Assembly: GCA_905215825.1 (NCBI GenBank)
Contig: CAJMRO010000001.1
Span: 739 to 64,738 of the forward strand
Reading direction: 5' to 3'
Length of the DNA stretch: 64,000 nucleotides
Origin: an uncultured bacterium
GTDB lineage: Bacteria > Actinomycetota > Coriobacteriia > Coriobacteriales > Coriobacteriaceae
Shown: piece after piece, positions 48,055 through 58,273 of the stretch
Layout: each line of letters starts with the position of its first letter
How positions within the stretch are numbered: position 1 is the stretch's first letter
Made by a program: the position numbers and the translations under genes
Notes under the pieces: generated by a model
Database searches by the model: none
What the model was told of the DNA's origin: nothing
Seen by the model: the letters and a program-made list of their open reading frames with translations, nothing else

Positions 48055-48435
48055 ATGGCGATGCAAAGAAGAAACACCAAGCAGCGGAAGCTGGTTCTTG
48101 ATGCCGTGCGCCAAAGCTACAACCATCCCACCGCCGATGAGATCTACAACGCCGTGCGCGAACAGGACGACAGAATCAGCCGCGGTACGGTCTACCGCAA
48201 CCTCAATCTCTTGGCCGATGCCGGGGAGATTCTCTCGATCAAGACGCCGGGCGGCAGCCGCTTCGATCGCACCGTCGAGCCGCATGCGCATATTATCTGC
48301 ACCTCGTGCAACCGCGTCATCGATGTGCCGCTCCCCTTCGACGCCCGGCTCGATGCCAAGGCGTCCGAGCAAATCGGTTGGAACGTCACCTCGCACTACA
48401 CCATCTTCGAGGGCCTCTGCCCCAACTGTAGGTAG
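48055..48435 (+). CDS. Fur-family regulator (PerR-like)
   Basis: TKQR..V, HPTADEIY, GTVYRNL, H.HIICTSC, GLCPNC. Confidence 0.9.
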   Translation: MAMQRRNTKQRKLVLDAVRQSYNHPTADEIYNAVREQDDRISRGTVYRNLNLLADAGEILSIKTPGGSRFDRTVEPHAHIICTSCNRVIDVPLPFDARLDAKASEQIGWNVTSHYTIFEGLCPNCR

Positions 48436-48449
48436 ATTTTGGGACATGC

Positions 48450-49247
48450 CTACTCGGCAAGCAGGCGACGCAGTTCTTCTTCGACCGTGTGCACATAGCG
48501 GACGCGGTCATTAATGCCGCGCATGCTGGGATTGCAGCTTTCCATCAGATAGGGATGGCCCACCACGTTGAGCATGTCGCGGTCGTTTTCGTTATCGCCA
48601 AACGCCATCATCTCATCGGGCGAAATTCCCAGGGCACGACCGTAATCGGCAAGCGCGGACCCCTTGCCCGAATCAAAGCCGATAAAGTCGGTCCATTCGG
48701 TTCCCGACGTCATCACATCGACCCGGTCGCTAAAGCGACGCACAAAATACTCCAGCGCCGCCGGCTGCTCTGTCTCGGGCGTTTGAAACGCAATCTTAAT
48801 GACATCCTCGTCAATGTCCTCGGGACGGTCGACCACCGCCACATCGCAATGGACCTCGTAACGCAAATGGTCGACGAACGCATCGTTGCCGCTTATGGTG
48901 TAGAGGTGCCCCTCGCAGGAAAGGGTTACATCGGCATGGGGGTAGGCGACTACGGCATTCGCGATATCCATAGCAAGGCTACGCTCCATGGAACGTTTGA
49001 CAACGGCACGCCCCTCGCTCATGACCAGGGCGCCGTTTTCGCACACATAGGCAAGCTCGTCTGCCACCGGGGCAAACAGGTAGCGCAAACTCGCATATTG
49101 ACGGCCACTCGCCGGCATAAACACAATGCCGCGACGGTGCAGCTCGTCGATGAGCTCAAATGCCTCGGGGCGTGGCTCGCGCTCCCCCGGATGCAGCAAC
49201 GTGCCATCCAAATCGCAGGCGATCAGCTTGATTCCCTCAAGACCCAT
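48450..49247 (-). CDS. Cof-type HAD-IIB hydrolase
   Basis: CDLDGTLL, ASGRQY, ENGA, KGSAL, FGDNEND. Confidence 0.9.
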   Translation of the reverse strand: MGLEGIKLIACDLDGTLLHPGEREPRPEAFELIDELHRRGIVFMPASGRQYASLRYLFAPVADELAYVCENGALVMSEGRAVVKRSMERSLAMDIANAVVAYPHADVTLSCEGHLYTISGNDAFVDHLRYEVHCDVAVVDRPEDIDEDVIKIAFQTPETEQPAALEYFVRRFSDRVDVMTSGTEWTDFIGFDSGKGSALADYGRALGISPDEMMAFGDNENDRDMLNVVGHPYLMESCNPSMRGINDRVRYVHTVEEELRRLLAE

Positions 49248-49328
49248 ATGTTCCCCCAAAGCATCCCATCAACAGCAAGACGGACTTTGAATAGTTGCCT
49301 CTCAAAGTCCGTCTTACGCATACGCACG

Positions 49329-49910
49329 TTAGCCGCGCGCCTTCTTTACGATCGTAAAGTCTGGAGCCATACTCACAACAACATCCGCCGCGCTCGATGC
49401 AAAGCGTCGACTGGCATCGAGCTCGCGTGTGACCACCGAGAGCCGAACGCCCTCGATGCCCCGGAGCATGCGACCCAAAACCGGTTGCACCGGCGTATAC
49501 ATGCGCACGGTATGCTCGTCCGAGTCACCCCGGAAGAGCGGCGCGTGCATATTGCCGATCTCCCAGCACGCATGCGCGAGCGCAATCGGATCCATGCGGT
49601 CGACTTCGACCAAATAGACCTCGGCACTGCGCAGGCGCACGACAACCACTACGGGCACCGTGCCCGTGCGGTCGATAGCGAGCACGTCGCCGTCGGCAAG
49701 GCGTTCGCCATCAGCGGCATCCAGCCGGACATTCACCGTGCGCCCCAGCTCCGTCACGCCCACAAACGTGCGCGTATCAGCCTGGTCCCAATCGAGTAGC
49801 AGCTCGTCAACCTCAAAAATGCCACCCATCTCCCGACGAAGCAGGAGTTCATAGGACGGGTCGTTGAGATTTCCCAAGCGCTCCGTAGCTACCAGGTCCC
49901 CGGACATCAA
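49329..49910 (-). CDS. Urease accessory protein UreE-like
   Basis: L.DGDVL, AHACWEIGNMHAPLF (UreE metal-binding GN.H motif). Confidence 0.75.
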   Translation of the reverse strand: MMSGDLVATERLGNLNDPSYELLLRREMGGIFEVDELLLDWDQADTRTFVGVTELGRTVNVRLDAADGERLADGDVLAIDRTGTVPVVVVVRLRSAEVYLVEVDRMDPIALAHACWEIGNMHAPLFRGDSDEHTVRMYTPVQPVLGRMLRGIEGVRLSVVTRELDASRRFASSAADVVVSMAPDFTIVKKARG

Positions 49911-50339
49911 CTAGTCCTCGACCTCGACGAGCTCGATATCAAAGTTGAGGTCCTTGCCGGCAAGCTCGTGGTTGGCATCGAGTGTCACGGCCTCGGGCGT
50001 CACGTCGATGACGACGGCGGGGACAGGCATGCCGCTCGGCGTGGACAGGAAGAGCTTCATGCCCTTCTCGATCTGCTCGATGTTGGGAACCTGCTCGGCC
50101 GGGAAGGTGATAACCATCTCGGGATTGTGCTCACCGTAGGCATCGGCCGCAGGAATGTGTACGGACTTCTTCTCGCCCACCTGCATATCGATAACGGCGG
50201 CGTCGAAGCCCTTGATCATCTGGCCGGCGCCGCAGGTGAACTCCAGCGGCTCGCCGCGATCGTAGGAGCTATCGAACTGCGTGCCGTCGTCGAGCGTGCC
50301 GCGATAATGAGTCTTGACCTTCTTGCCCTGGTTGGACAT
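49911..50339 (-). CDS. FKBP-type peptidyl-prolyl isomerase (SlyD-like, no His-rich tail)
   Basis: HYRGTL.DG..FDSS, G.GQMI.GF, DANH.LAGKDL.F. Confidence 0.92.
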   Translation of the reverse strand: MSNQGKKVKTHYRGTLDDGTQFDSSYDRGEPLEFTCGAGQMIKGFDAAVIDMQVGEKKSVHIPAADAYGEHNPEMVITFPAEQVPNIEQIEKGMKLFLSTPSGMPVPAVVIDVTPEAVTLDANHELAGKDLNFDIELVEVED

Positions 50340-50459
50340 GGTAACCTCCGTGATAAGGGCGGCGCACAACGCGGGCCGCCGTGAACATATGGCGCTAACT
50401 ATACCCTAGTCATACAATTCAAAGACAGTTTGCAAAGAAACGCTGCAACCGGAGGAACC

Positions 50460-51473
50460 ATGGCATATCCTGTATTTGACTTACATTGCGACACTGCCGA
50501 CCGCATCGGCTGGACCACGCTCGATCTCGACCTGCGCTTTACCGCGGGCACCGACGGCTATTTCCCCGGCGACGAGACGCATCCGCAGGATTTCGACCTT
50601 ATCGAGGGCAACGCCTGCGCCATCTCGCTCGCAAAGATCGGCAAAACTCCTTGGGCACAGTGCTTCGCCACGTTTGTCCCCGACGAGATTCCCACCGCCC
50701 ACGCCGCGCGCTTCCAGGCGCAAATCATGGCGCATATGAGCGGCCAGGCCATGCTCAACCACGACCGCATGGTCAATGTGCGCAGCGCCGCAGACATTCG
50801 CCCCGCGCTCAAAGACGGCAAGGTCGCCTGCATCCACACCATCGAAAACGCCACGTTCTTTGCCGAGGACCCCGCGCTGATCGAGGTACTCAAGAGCCTG
50901 GGCGTACTCATGTCATCGCTCAGCTGGAACGCGCAGGGACCGCTCGCGAGCGGCCACGACACCCACGCCGGCCTCACCGCCGCTGGCATCGAGGCGCTTA
51001 CGCAGATGGAGCACGCCGGCATGGTGCTCGACGTCTCCCACCTCAACGATGAGTGCTTTGACGAGGTTGTTGCCCACGCCACGCGCCCCTTCGTCGCCAG
51101 CCACTCCAACTCCCGTGCGGTTTGCGGCGTCAAACGCAACCTCACCGACGACCAGTTCCGCACCATTCGCGACATGGGCGGCATCGTCGGCCTCAACTAC
51201 TGCAGCGAGTTCCTTTCCAACGACGCAACCGACAAGACCGCCGCAGACGTCACCTTCGACCAGCTGGCGGCACATATCGAGCATTGGCTCGACCTGGGCG
51301 GCGAAAATGTCATCGCGCTCGGCGGCGACTGGGACGGCGCCACGGTACCCGCTTTCCTCTCCGATGCCAGCATGATGCCCGAGTTCCAGAACATGCTCTC
51401 CAAGCACTTTGGCAAGACCGTGATGCAAAAGCTCTGCAGCGACAACGCGCTTGCCTTCTTTGAGCGTTATTAA
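50460..51473 (+). CDS. Membrane dipeptidase (peptidase M19)
   Basis: DLHCDT, IEN, LDVSHL, ASHSN.R..RNLTD, LGGDWDG. Confidence 0.9.
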   Translation: MAYPVFDLHCDTADRIGWTTLDLDLRFTAGTDGYFPGDETHPQDFDLIEGNACAISLAKIGKTPWAQCFATFVPDEIPTAHAARFQAQIMAHMSGQAMLNHDRMVNVRSAADIRPALKDGKVACIHTIENATFFAEDPALIEVLKSLGVLMSSLSWNAQGPLASGHDTHAGLTAAGIEALTQMEHAGMVLDVSHLNDECFDEVVAHATRPFVASHSNSRAVCGVKRNLTDDQFRTIRDMGGIVGLNYCSEFLSNDATDKTAADVTFDQLAAHIEHWLDLGGENVIALGGDWDGATVPAFLSDASMMPEFQNMLSKHFGKTVMQKLCSDNALAFFERY

Positions 51474-51547
51474 TTTCACATCCCTTGAGCGGGCCGGCAT
51501 GTCAAGCGATCGACATGCCGGCCCATCCCCAATCTGAAGGATCACTT

Positions 51548-52324
51548 TTGACGCAGCAGTTTACGATTTCCGTATCCCGACCGGATGGCACATCCATCCC
51601 CGTCGTCGTTACCAAAAAGCGCGTCAAGAACTTCAACCTACGCGTCACATCGAGCGGTGAGGTCCACGCCAGCGCACCGCTCGGCGCCAGCCGCGAGCGT
51701 ATCGAAGCGTTTGTGAAGCGCAACAGCGCCTGGATTATCGGCAGACTTGCCCAGCGCGAGCAACGTCAGGCGACGGCGCGAGAGCCGCTCAGCCCCTCGT
51801 CCATCATTGCACTTTGGGGCAAGCCCATCACGGTACAAGATGCGCTCGATCACAACTTTAAGTCACCCGCACCGCGGCCCAAACAAGCCACGTTCGCAAG
51901 CTTTATGGGTACCGACGAGCCAGACGAACGTCCGCAGGCCAAGTGGAACGCGCCCCTCGACGGCTTAACGCCCAGTGAGATCCAAGCCCATATTGACCAG
52001 CTCTATACGTCCGAAGTCACATCGGCGCTGCGGGATATGGTGCACGCATACGAAATAGCAATGGGTGTCGCCGTTTCCCGCGTTTCCGTGCGCAGCATGA
52101 AAACGCGCTGGGGATCATGCACGCCCAAAACCGGCGCCATTCGCATCGCACGAGAACTTGCCGCCTACCCCGTCGAGTGCCTTGACATGGTTGTCGCCCA
52201 CGAGCTCGTCCACTTGCTCGAGCCAAGCCACAATCAGCGGTTTCACGCCCTGCTCGACACGTACTGCCCCAACAATAGAGCACTGTCCCAGCGGCTCAAG
52301 CAGCCACCCATAGAGACATATTAG
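51548..52324 (+). CDS. YgjP/DUF45 zinc metalloprotease-like protein
   Basis: KRVKN.NLRV, MKTRWGSC, VVAHELVHL..SHNQRF; start tentative. Confidence 0.85.
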   Translation: MTQQFTISVSRPDGTSIPVVVTKKRVKNFNLRVTSSGEVHASAPLGASRERIEAFVKRNSAWIIGRLAQREQRQATAREPLSPSSIIALWGKPITVQDALDHNFKSPAPRPKQATFASFMGTDEPDERPQAKWNAPLDGLTPSEIQAHIDQLYTSEVTSALRDMVHAYEIAMGVAVSRVSVRSMKTRWGSCTPKTGAIRIARELAAYPVECLDMVVAHELVHLLEPSHNQRFHALLDTYCPNNRALSQRLKQPPIETY

Positions 52325-52330
52325 AACCGG

Positions 52331-52816
52331 TTAGCGCACGCGCTCGATCTCGACACCGCAGCTTGCCAGGGGAAGACCGACGGGCGCCCAAGGCTTATCG
52401 AGCTTAACGCGCACGCCAAGCAGCAAGGGGTAACGACGCAGCAGCATCGAGGCCACACCCTCAGCTGCAGCCTCGATGAGCTTAAACGTATGCTCGCGCA
52501 GATAGCCATCGACATCGTGGCACACCGAGCCATAGTCAATCGAGGCGTCCAGGTTATCGTGCTCCCCCGCTGCACGCAGGTCGGCATAGAGTACCAAGGA
52601 CACGATGAACTTCTGGCCCAGCGCGTTCTCTTCGGGATACACGCCATGGTTAGCAAAAACCTCAAGACCTTCAACGGTGATGCGGTCGGCATGGCGAAGG
52701 TCGTCATAGCTCACGTGGGGCACCGCCGTTGCGGTGGATATTTCGCCCCTTCCACGGCGGGCGAGCTCGGCGCCTTCAGTCTTGGTTGCATTCTCGGGCA
52801 GTTTCTTGTTGCTCAT
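52331..52816 (-). CDS. folB: Dihydroneopterin aldolase
   Basis: FANHGVYPEE..LGQKF, IDYG, KLIEAAAE, KPWAP. Confidence 0.9.
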   Translation of the reverse strand: MSNKKLPENATKTEGAELARRGRGEISTATAVPHVSYDDLRHADRITVEGLEVFANHGVYPEENALGQKFIVSLVLYADLRAAGEHDNLDASIDYGSVCHDVDGYLREHTFKLIEAAAEGVASMLLRRYPLLLGVRVKLDKPWAPVGLPLASCGVEIERVR

Positions 52817-52859
52817 CGCGATCGTCTCCTTCGTTTAGAACCCCGACCGCGCAAACTAA

Positions 52860-53441
52860 CTACACGCGAATCGACAGGTTCTTTTTATCATCGCTCCAGT
52901 TGCAAGCATTGCGCGCGGGGCATGCAAAGCAGGCGCGCGACGCTTTGTCGGCTGCATAGAGCAGACGCTCAAGCGGTTGGCTGTTCACGCGCAGCTTTCG
53001 ATGGCCCAGAATGGCCGTCTTAATGGCTGCGGCATCGGCCGGCTCAAACGCCACGTCATCGGGCATGCCGCCGAGAATCGCATCAGCGACGCGTTCGCTT
53101 GCAACATCATGGGATATACCCGATTCATACTGTTCATCTTTGCCGATATCGTGAAGAAGTGCCGTGGCGTAGATGACCTCGCGGTCAAATTCGAGCTGCT
53201 CCTCGAGATTCTTGATCCACATAATGCGAGAGACATCGAGCAGATGGTCAATACCGTGGCGGCAGAAGATGCGCCCCGATTCCAACTGCGCAATGTTGCC
53301 CAGATGCCGCCGGAACAGCCCGTTGGCACAAATGTAATCAATGCGAGGCATGGCACCAAAGGGAGCCAAGCCCGAAGCCATAAAGCCGCGACGTGACGTC
53401 CCCTCATCGGTCTTCGATGCAAAGTCGTTGACGACTCTCAT
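52860..53441 (-). CDS. HD-domain phosphohydrolase
   Basis: FCRH..HLLDV.R, LLHDIGK, AI.GHR, ADKASRACF.C. Confidence 0.85.
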   Translation of the reverse strand: MRVVNDFASKTDEGTSRRGFMASGLAPFGAMPRIDYICANGLFRRHLGNIAQLESGRIFCRHGIDHLLDVSRIMWIKNLEEQLEFDREVIYATALLHDIGKDEQYESGISHDVASERVADAILGGMPDDVAFEPADAAAIKTAILGHRKLRVNSQPLERLLYAADKASRACFACPARNACNWSDDKKNLSIRV

Positions 53442-53443
53442 AG

Positions 53444-54001
53444 TTAGCGTCCCAGCATCCTAAAGAAACGCTCCTCGAGCGCGGGATCGGTCTCAAAGAC
53501 GCCGCGGCGAGCGAGCGTCACGGTCTTGGTGCCAGGCTTTTGCACGCCGCGCATGGTCATACACATATGCTCGGCTTCCATGAGCACAATCGCTCCCCGG
53601 GGAGCGAGATAATCCATGAGAGCGTCGGCAACCTGCGCACACAGCTGCTCCTGCAGCTGTAGACGGCGGGCATAAACCTCAACCGTGCGGGCGAGCTTGG
53701 AAAGCCCTGCGACACGGCCGTTGGGGATATAGCCAATGGCAGCCTTGCCGTAAAACGGCAGCAGATGATGCTCGCACAGCGAGTAAAACGTGATGTCGCG
53801 CTCGATAACCAAATCGTTCGAAGCGACGGCAAAGGTTTTGGACAGGTGCTCCTCGGCACTCTGGTCCATACCACCGGCGATCTCACCATACATACGGGCA
53901 ACGCGCGCCGGGGTCTCCAGCAGGCCCTCACGAGTTGGGTCCTCGCCTATGCCCTCAAGCAACAGCTTAATGGCGGCCTCGACTTTTTCCTGATCGACCA
54001 T
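53444..54001 (-). CDS. folE: GTP cyclohydrolase I (alternative GTG start 54064)
   Basis: [38 protein letters not shown]. Confidence 0.95.
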   Translation of the reverse strand: MVDQEKVEAAIKLLLEGIGEDPTREGLLETPARVARMYGEIAGGMDQSAEEHLSKTFAVASNDLVIERDITFYSLCEHHLLPFYGKAAIGYIPNGRVAGLSKLARTVEVYARRLQLQEQLCAQVADALMDYLAPRGAIVLMEAEHMCMTMRGVQKPGTKTVTLARRGVFETDPALEERFFRMLGR

Positions 54002-54067
54002 CTGGGCCTCACTTTTCCGATTTTGCGTTCGCGCTATGGTACCACGCCCTTTGGCATCGGCCACAAG

Positions 54068-54649
54068 CTACATAGTATGGGTCGAATAGACCGGATCGTC
54101 CCGCCAAAGCTCCACAGCGTCGCAAAGCGCAACGCCCTCGCGCACAGCACGGGCGCGCGTGGCGTTCATATCAATCACGCGCTGATTGCTCGAGCCCCTA
54201 AAACGCAATGAGATATCGTACAGATCCTGAACAAACGGGCCATCCACCAACATATCGAGGCAGGCAAGGATACGGTCCGTCGCCTCGGTATGGTGACGAC
54301 CACCCGGCATAAGCTCCTCGAGCACGTCGCCGGTAAAGCACCAAATGGTCTTGCCCGACCCCGCGGGATAGGCCGCACGCACGCGTTCGATAAAGTCAAC
54401 AAGCCCCGCCTGATTCTCGGGCTCCATGGGCTCGCCACCCAGAATCGTCAGGCCATCGATAAAGGGATGATCGAGACTCTCGATAATTTTGTCCTCGACG
54501 GCGCGATCGAACGGCTCGCCCGCAGCAAAGTCCCACGCGACGGAGTTAAAGCAATTCTTGCACCCGCGACGGCACCCGCTCACAAACAGAGAAGTACGAA
54601 CGCCTTCCCCATCAGCAATGTCGAAATACTTAATGTTCGCGTAGTTCAT
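54068..54649 (-). CDS. nrdG: Anaerobic ribonucleotide reductase activating protein
   Basis: DIADGEGVRTSLFVSGCRRGCKNCFN, LGGEP, FRGSSNQR. Confidence 0.95.
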   Translation of the reverse strand: MNYANIKYFDIADGEGVRTSLFVSGCRRGCKNCFNSVAWDFAAGEPFDRAVEDKIIESLDHPFIDGLTILGGEPMEPENQAGLVDFIERVRAAYPAGSGKTIWCFTGDVLEELMPGGRHHTEATDRILACLDMLVDGPFVQDLYDISLRFRGSSNQRVIDMNATRARAVREGVALCDAVELWRDDPVYSTHTM

Positions 54650-54664
54650 AGGTAACTCTCCCGG

Positions 54665-54748
54665 GAGGCCGGGACATATCATCCCGTCCTCAAACATTCT
54701 CGGCCTTCGGCCTGCGAAACTGCGGGCGGGACGATATGTCCCGGCCTC
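54665..54748. repeat. 84-bp hairpin (25-bp arms, 2 mismatches) in nrdD-nrdG spacer
   Basis: gaggccgggacatatcatcccgtcc..gggcgggacgatatgtcccggcctc with inner ggcc-ttc-ggcc. Confidence 0.6.
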
Positions 54749-54926
54749 ATGCAAAGGGTAACTCAATGAACGAAGCGAACATCGAGTATAGGGTTCGAGG
54801 TCCAATAAAAACTTTGTTGCAGCTCAACCGCTATCGCAAGTAAATCGCAGCTGCAGCTCGAATTATTTCCGCTAAGAACTTCGAGGAGCGAGCAGGCCGC
54901 GCGCTGCATCTCAGCTACGTCAACTT

Positions 54927-55065
54927 GGCTGAACCGAGAGGGCCGCTTGGGCATTTGCTCGATATGAGTTCCGCACGCAAAGAAGGCCACTTAATGTGGC
55001 CTTCGTCTTGCGCAGGACTGTCCGAAATAGCGAGCAAATGCCCAAGCGGCCCTCTCGGTTCAGCC
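54927..55065. repeat. 139-bp MITE/REP-like element with perfect 35-bp inverted repeats
   Basis: ggctgaaccgagagggccgcttgggcatttgctcg (54927-61) and reverse complement (55031-65); inner gaaggccac-ttaat-gtggccttc. Confidence 0.7.
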
Positions 55066-55076
55066 CCGGAGCGGTA

Positions 55077-57299
55077 TTAGAGATGCAGCACGCGGTCGCG
55101 GATCTCCTCGGTTCGGCCCTGGTTCCAGAACTGGGTACCGATGTAACCGCACGTGCGACGGGCGACATTCATCTTCTCCTGGTCACGATTGCCGCAATTG
55201 GGGCACTCCCACACCAGCTTGCCGTCATCCTCGACAATCTTGATCTCACCGTCGTAGCCGCACACCTGGCAGTAGTCGCTCTTGGTGTTGAGCTCGGCGT
55301 ACATGATGTTGTCGTAGATGTACTGCATCACGCGAATGACAGCCTTGAGGTTGTCCTGCATGTTGGGAACCTCGACGTAGGAGATGGCACCGCCCGGCGA
55401 AAGCTGCTGGAACATACCCTCGAACTTGAGCTTGTCGAATGCGTCGATCTCCTCGGACACGTGGACGTGGTAGCTGTTGGTGATGTAGCCCTTGTCCGTC
55501 ACGCCCGGGATGATGCCAAAACGACGCTGCAGGCACTTGGCGAACTTGTAGGTCGTCGACTCAAGCGGGGTACCGTACAGCGAGAAGTCAATATCGCTTT
55601 CGGCCTTCCACTCCGCGCACTTGTCGTTCATGCGCTGCATGACGGCCATGGCAAAGGGCGTGCCCTCCTTCTCGGTGTGGCTGTGGCCCGTCATGTACTT
55701 AACGCACTCATACAGGCCGGCATAACCCAGACTAATGGTGGAGTAACCGCCCACGAGCAACTTGTCGATCGTCTCGCCCTTCTTCAGGCGGGCGAGGGCA
55801 CCGTACTGCCAAAGAATCGGTGCGGCATCCGAAAGCGTACCCATCAGACGCTCATGACGGCACAGCAGGGCGCGGTGGCACAGCTCAAGGCGCTCGTCGA
55901 AGATCTTCCAGAACTTATCCATGTCCTGATGCGAGCTCAGCGCGACATCGGGCAGGTTGATGGTCACAACGCCCTGGTTAAAGCGACCGTAGTACTTGGG
56001 CTTGTTCGGGTCATAGTTCAGCGCGTTGGCCACGTTGTTAAATCCGTTACCGGAGCGGTCGGGCGTCAGGAAGCTGCGGCAGCCCATGCAGGTATAGCAG
56101 TCGCCGTTGCCCGCGGTCTCGCCCTTCGACAGCTTGAGCTCGCGCATCTTCTTCTCGGAGATGTAGTCGGGCACCATGCGCTTGGCGGTGCACTTCGCAG
56201 CCAGCTGAGTCAGGTAGAAGTACGGGGAATCCTCGTGAACGTTATCGTCCTCGAGCACGTAGATGAGCTTGGGGAACGCCGGGGTGATCCACACGCCGGC
56301 TTCGTTCTTAACGCCCTCATAGCGCTGACGAAGCGTCTCCTCCACAATCATGGCAAGGTCATGCTTCTCCTGGGGCGTACGGGCCTCATTGAGATACATA
56401 AAGACCGTCACGAACGGCGCCTGGCCATTCGTGGTCATAAGGGTCACGACCTGATACTGAATCGTCTGAACGCCGCGACGGATCTCGTCACGCAGGCGGT
56501 CCTCAACAACCTCGCGGACCTTTTCGGGAGATGCGGAAACGCCGAGCTCCTCGAGCTCGCGGGCGACCTCGCCGCGAATCTTTTGACGGCTCACCTCGAC
56601 GAACGGGGCAAGATGGGTCAGCGAAATCGACTGGCCACCGTACTGGGAGGAAGCAACCTGAGCGATGATCTGCGTCGCGATGTTGCAGGCAGTCGAGAAG
56701 CTGTGCGGCTTCTCGATCAGCGTACCCGAGATAACAGTACCGTTCTGGAGCATATCCTCCAGGTTCACCAGGTCGCAGTTATGCATGTGCTGGGCAAAGT
56801 AGTCCGAATCGTGGAAGTGAATCAGGCCCTCGTTGTGAGCATCCACGATCTCCTGGGGCAGCAGCACGCGCTGCGTCAGGTCCTTGGAAATCTCGCCGGC
56901 CATGTAGTCGCGCTGAACGGAGTTGACGGTCGGGTTCTTGTTAGAGTTCTCCTGCTTAACCTCTTCGTTGTTGCATTCGATCAGCGACAGGATCTTGTCG
57001 TCGGTCGTGTTCTTTTGGCGCTTTAGGCTCTGAACATAGCGATAGATGATGTAGTGGCGAGCGACCTCGTAGCAGTCGAGACGCATAATCTCGTCCTCGA
57101 CCAAATCCTGGATCTCCTCGACCGATACGGTGTGACCGGCCTTCTCACATGCCTCGGCGACGTTTTGTGCCGCATAGATCACCTGGCGGTCGGTAAGGCG
57201 AGAGCCTTCCTCGACCTCCAAGTTTGCGGCGCGAATCGCATTGACGATCTTATCGATGTCAAAGGTAACCTCGGTGCCGCTGCGCTTGATGATCTTCAT
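55077..57299 (-). CDS. nrdD: Anaerobic (class III) ribonucleoside-triphosphate reductase
   Basis: ATP-cone (IIKRSG..FD..KI..AI), ENSNK, MGCRS, GRFNQGVV, CQVCG..CPNCG, RRTCGYIG glycyl-radical loop. Confidence 0.97.
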   Translation of the reverse strand: MKIIKRSGTEVTFDIDKIVNAIRAANLEVEEGSRLTDRQVIYAAQNVAEACEKAGHTVSVEEIQDLVEDEIMRLDCYEVARHYIIYRYVQSLKRQKNTTDDKILSLIECNNEEVKQENSNKNPTVNSVQRDYMAGEISKDLTQRVLLPQEIVDAHNEGLIHFHDSDYFAQHMHNCDLVNLEDMLQNGTVISGTLIEKPHSFSTACNIATQIIAQVASSQYGGQSISLTHLAPFVEVSRQKIRGEVARELEELGVSASPEKVREVVEDRLRDEIRRGVQTIQYQVVTLMTTNGQAPFVTVFMYLNEARTPQEKHDLAMIVEETLRQRYEGVKNEAGVWITPAFPKLIYVLEDDNVHEDSPYFYLTQLAAKCTAKRMVPDYISEKKMRELKLSKGETAGNGDCYTCMGCRSFLTPDRSGNGFNNVANALNYDPNKPKYYGRFNQGVVTINLPDVALSSHQDMDKFWKIFDERLELCHRALLCRHERLMGTLSDAAPILWQYGALARLKKGETIDKLLVGGYSTISLGYAGLYECVKYMTGHSHTEKEGTPFAMAVMQRMNDKCAEWKAESDIDFSLYGTPLESTTYKFAKCLQRRFGIIPGVTDKGYITNSYHVHVSEEIDAFDKLKFEGMFQQLSPGGAISYVEVPNMQDNLKAVIRVMQYIYDNIMYAELNTKSDYCQVCGYDGEIKIVEDDGKLVWECPNCGNRDQEKMNVARRTCGYIGTQFWNQGRTEEIRDRVLHL

Positions 57300-57522
57300 C
57301 CTCTTGCCTCTTTCGCATCGTAGCCTCATTGCGCTTCAAAGCCAAACGATGCCTGGCAGGGCTTACCCTGTCTTGCGGCGCCGTCGCGCAATCTGTGTTT
57401 TCGATAACCATAGACCCTCATGCGGACAATCCTCGCAGCCGATCAAGGGGCTCAAAGATCCATCCAAATGGGGCGAATAAGGTCCTCGTTCTCTGTCCGC
57501 CATCTATCATACGACAAAGAGG

Positions 57523-57570
57523 CATCTATATCCTGTATTCTTTTTTTAGGTCAAACACAACATATAGTGT
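57523..57570. promoter_or_regulatory. Tandem NrdR boxes
   Basis: acacaacatatagtgt (57555-70) and weaker catctatatcctgtat (57523-38), 32 bp apart, upstream of nrdD. Confidence 0.75.
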
Positions 57571-57864
57571 TTCAGCAGGTCAAAGCAATTAGTCATTTTG
57601 CAGACGCATTAATTATGAGGGGTTCTTGGCAAGTCGGTAAAACGTTACCAACACGGCTACCTGCATGGCAGTTATAAAACCCCCTTAGTCAAGCCGCTGA
57701 CAAATCCTACCAAAACCAAGCCGCTCACGCCAAAAGAATCCAAAAGATTATGCTTGACCAACATGTTGCGGTCACGGTCGGCCAGGACGTATGCAACCTG
57801 CCGGCACCTCTACGGGGACCTTGGATCAATATTTGCTGGCATATTTGACGGCGTGCTTGGTAGC

Positions 57865-57901
57865 AAAACAAAACAGCTCAGAGGACATAGCCTCTGAGCT
57901 G
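57865..57901 (-). terminator. tRNA terminator
   Basis: cagctcagagg..cctctgagctg followed by T-rich run on minus strand. Confidence 0.75.
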
Positions 57902-57909
57902 CGAACATT

Positions 57910-57984
57910 TGGTGGGCGTTAGAAGATTTGAACTTCTGACCTCTTCCGTGTCAGGGAAGCGCTCTCCCCCTGAGCTAAACGCCC
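57910..57984 (-). tRNA. tRNA-Val(GAC)
   Basis: GGGCGTTTAGCTCAG..cttcc-cTGACac-ggaag..GTTCAAAT..AACGCCC-A-CCA; upstream TTGCCA-17-TATATT promoter. Confidence 0.96.
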
Positions 57985-58273
57985 GATCAAGGGTGCGCAA
58001 GCGCGCAAGGGATAATATAACGGAGCCTGAACTCGGTGGCAAGAACATTTTTAAAAATCGCTTACATTGTGGAATTCGGGGGCTTCGTCATATCCATTTT
58101 AAAAGAGCCTGCTGCCGCGATTTGGCTGTCGCATAATGCAAGGCCATTGCGGTATCGAGCTATGGAAAGACACCTGCGGAATTGTCCTACCGATAAGCGG
58201 ACAAGCCTCCAGCTGGTGACTTCGCCGTGGTAAGGTAAGCCGAATTGTTTCCAGGCTGTTTCGGGGGAGTGGA

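Noticed and set aside
57910..57984. tRNA-Val as an island integration site
   Set aside because: No duplicated tRNA 3' end or integrase seen; the terminator follows directly.
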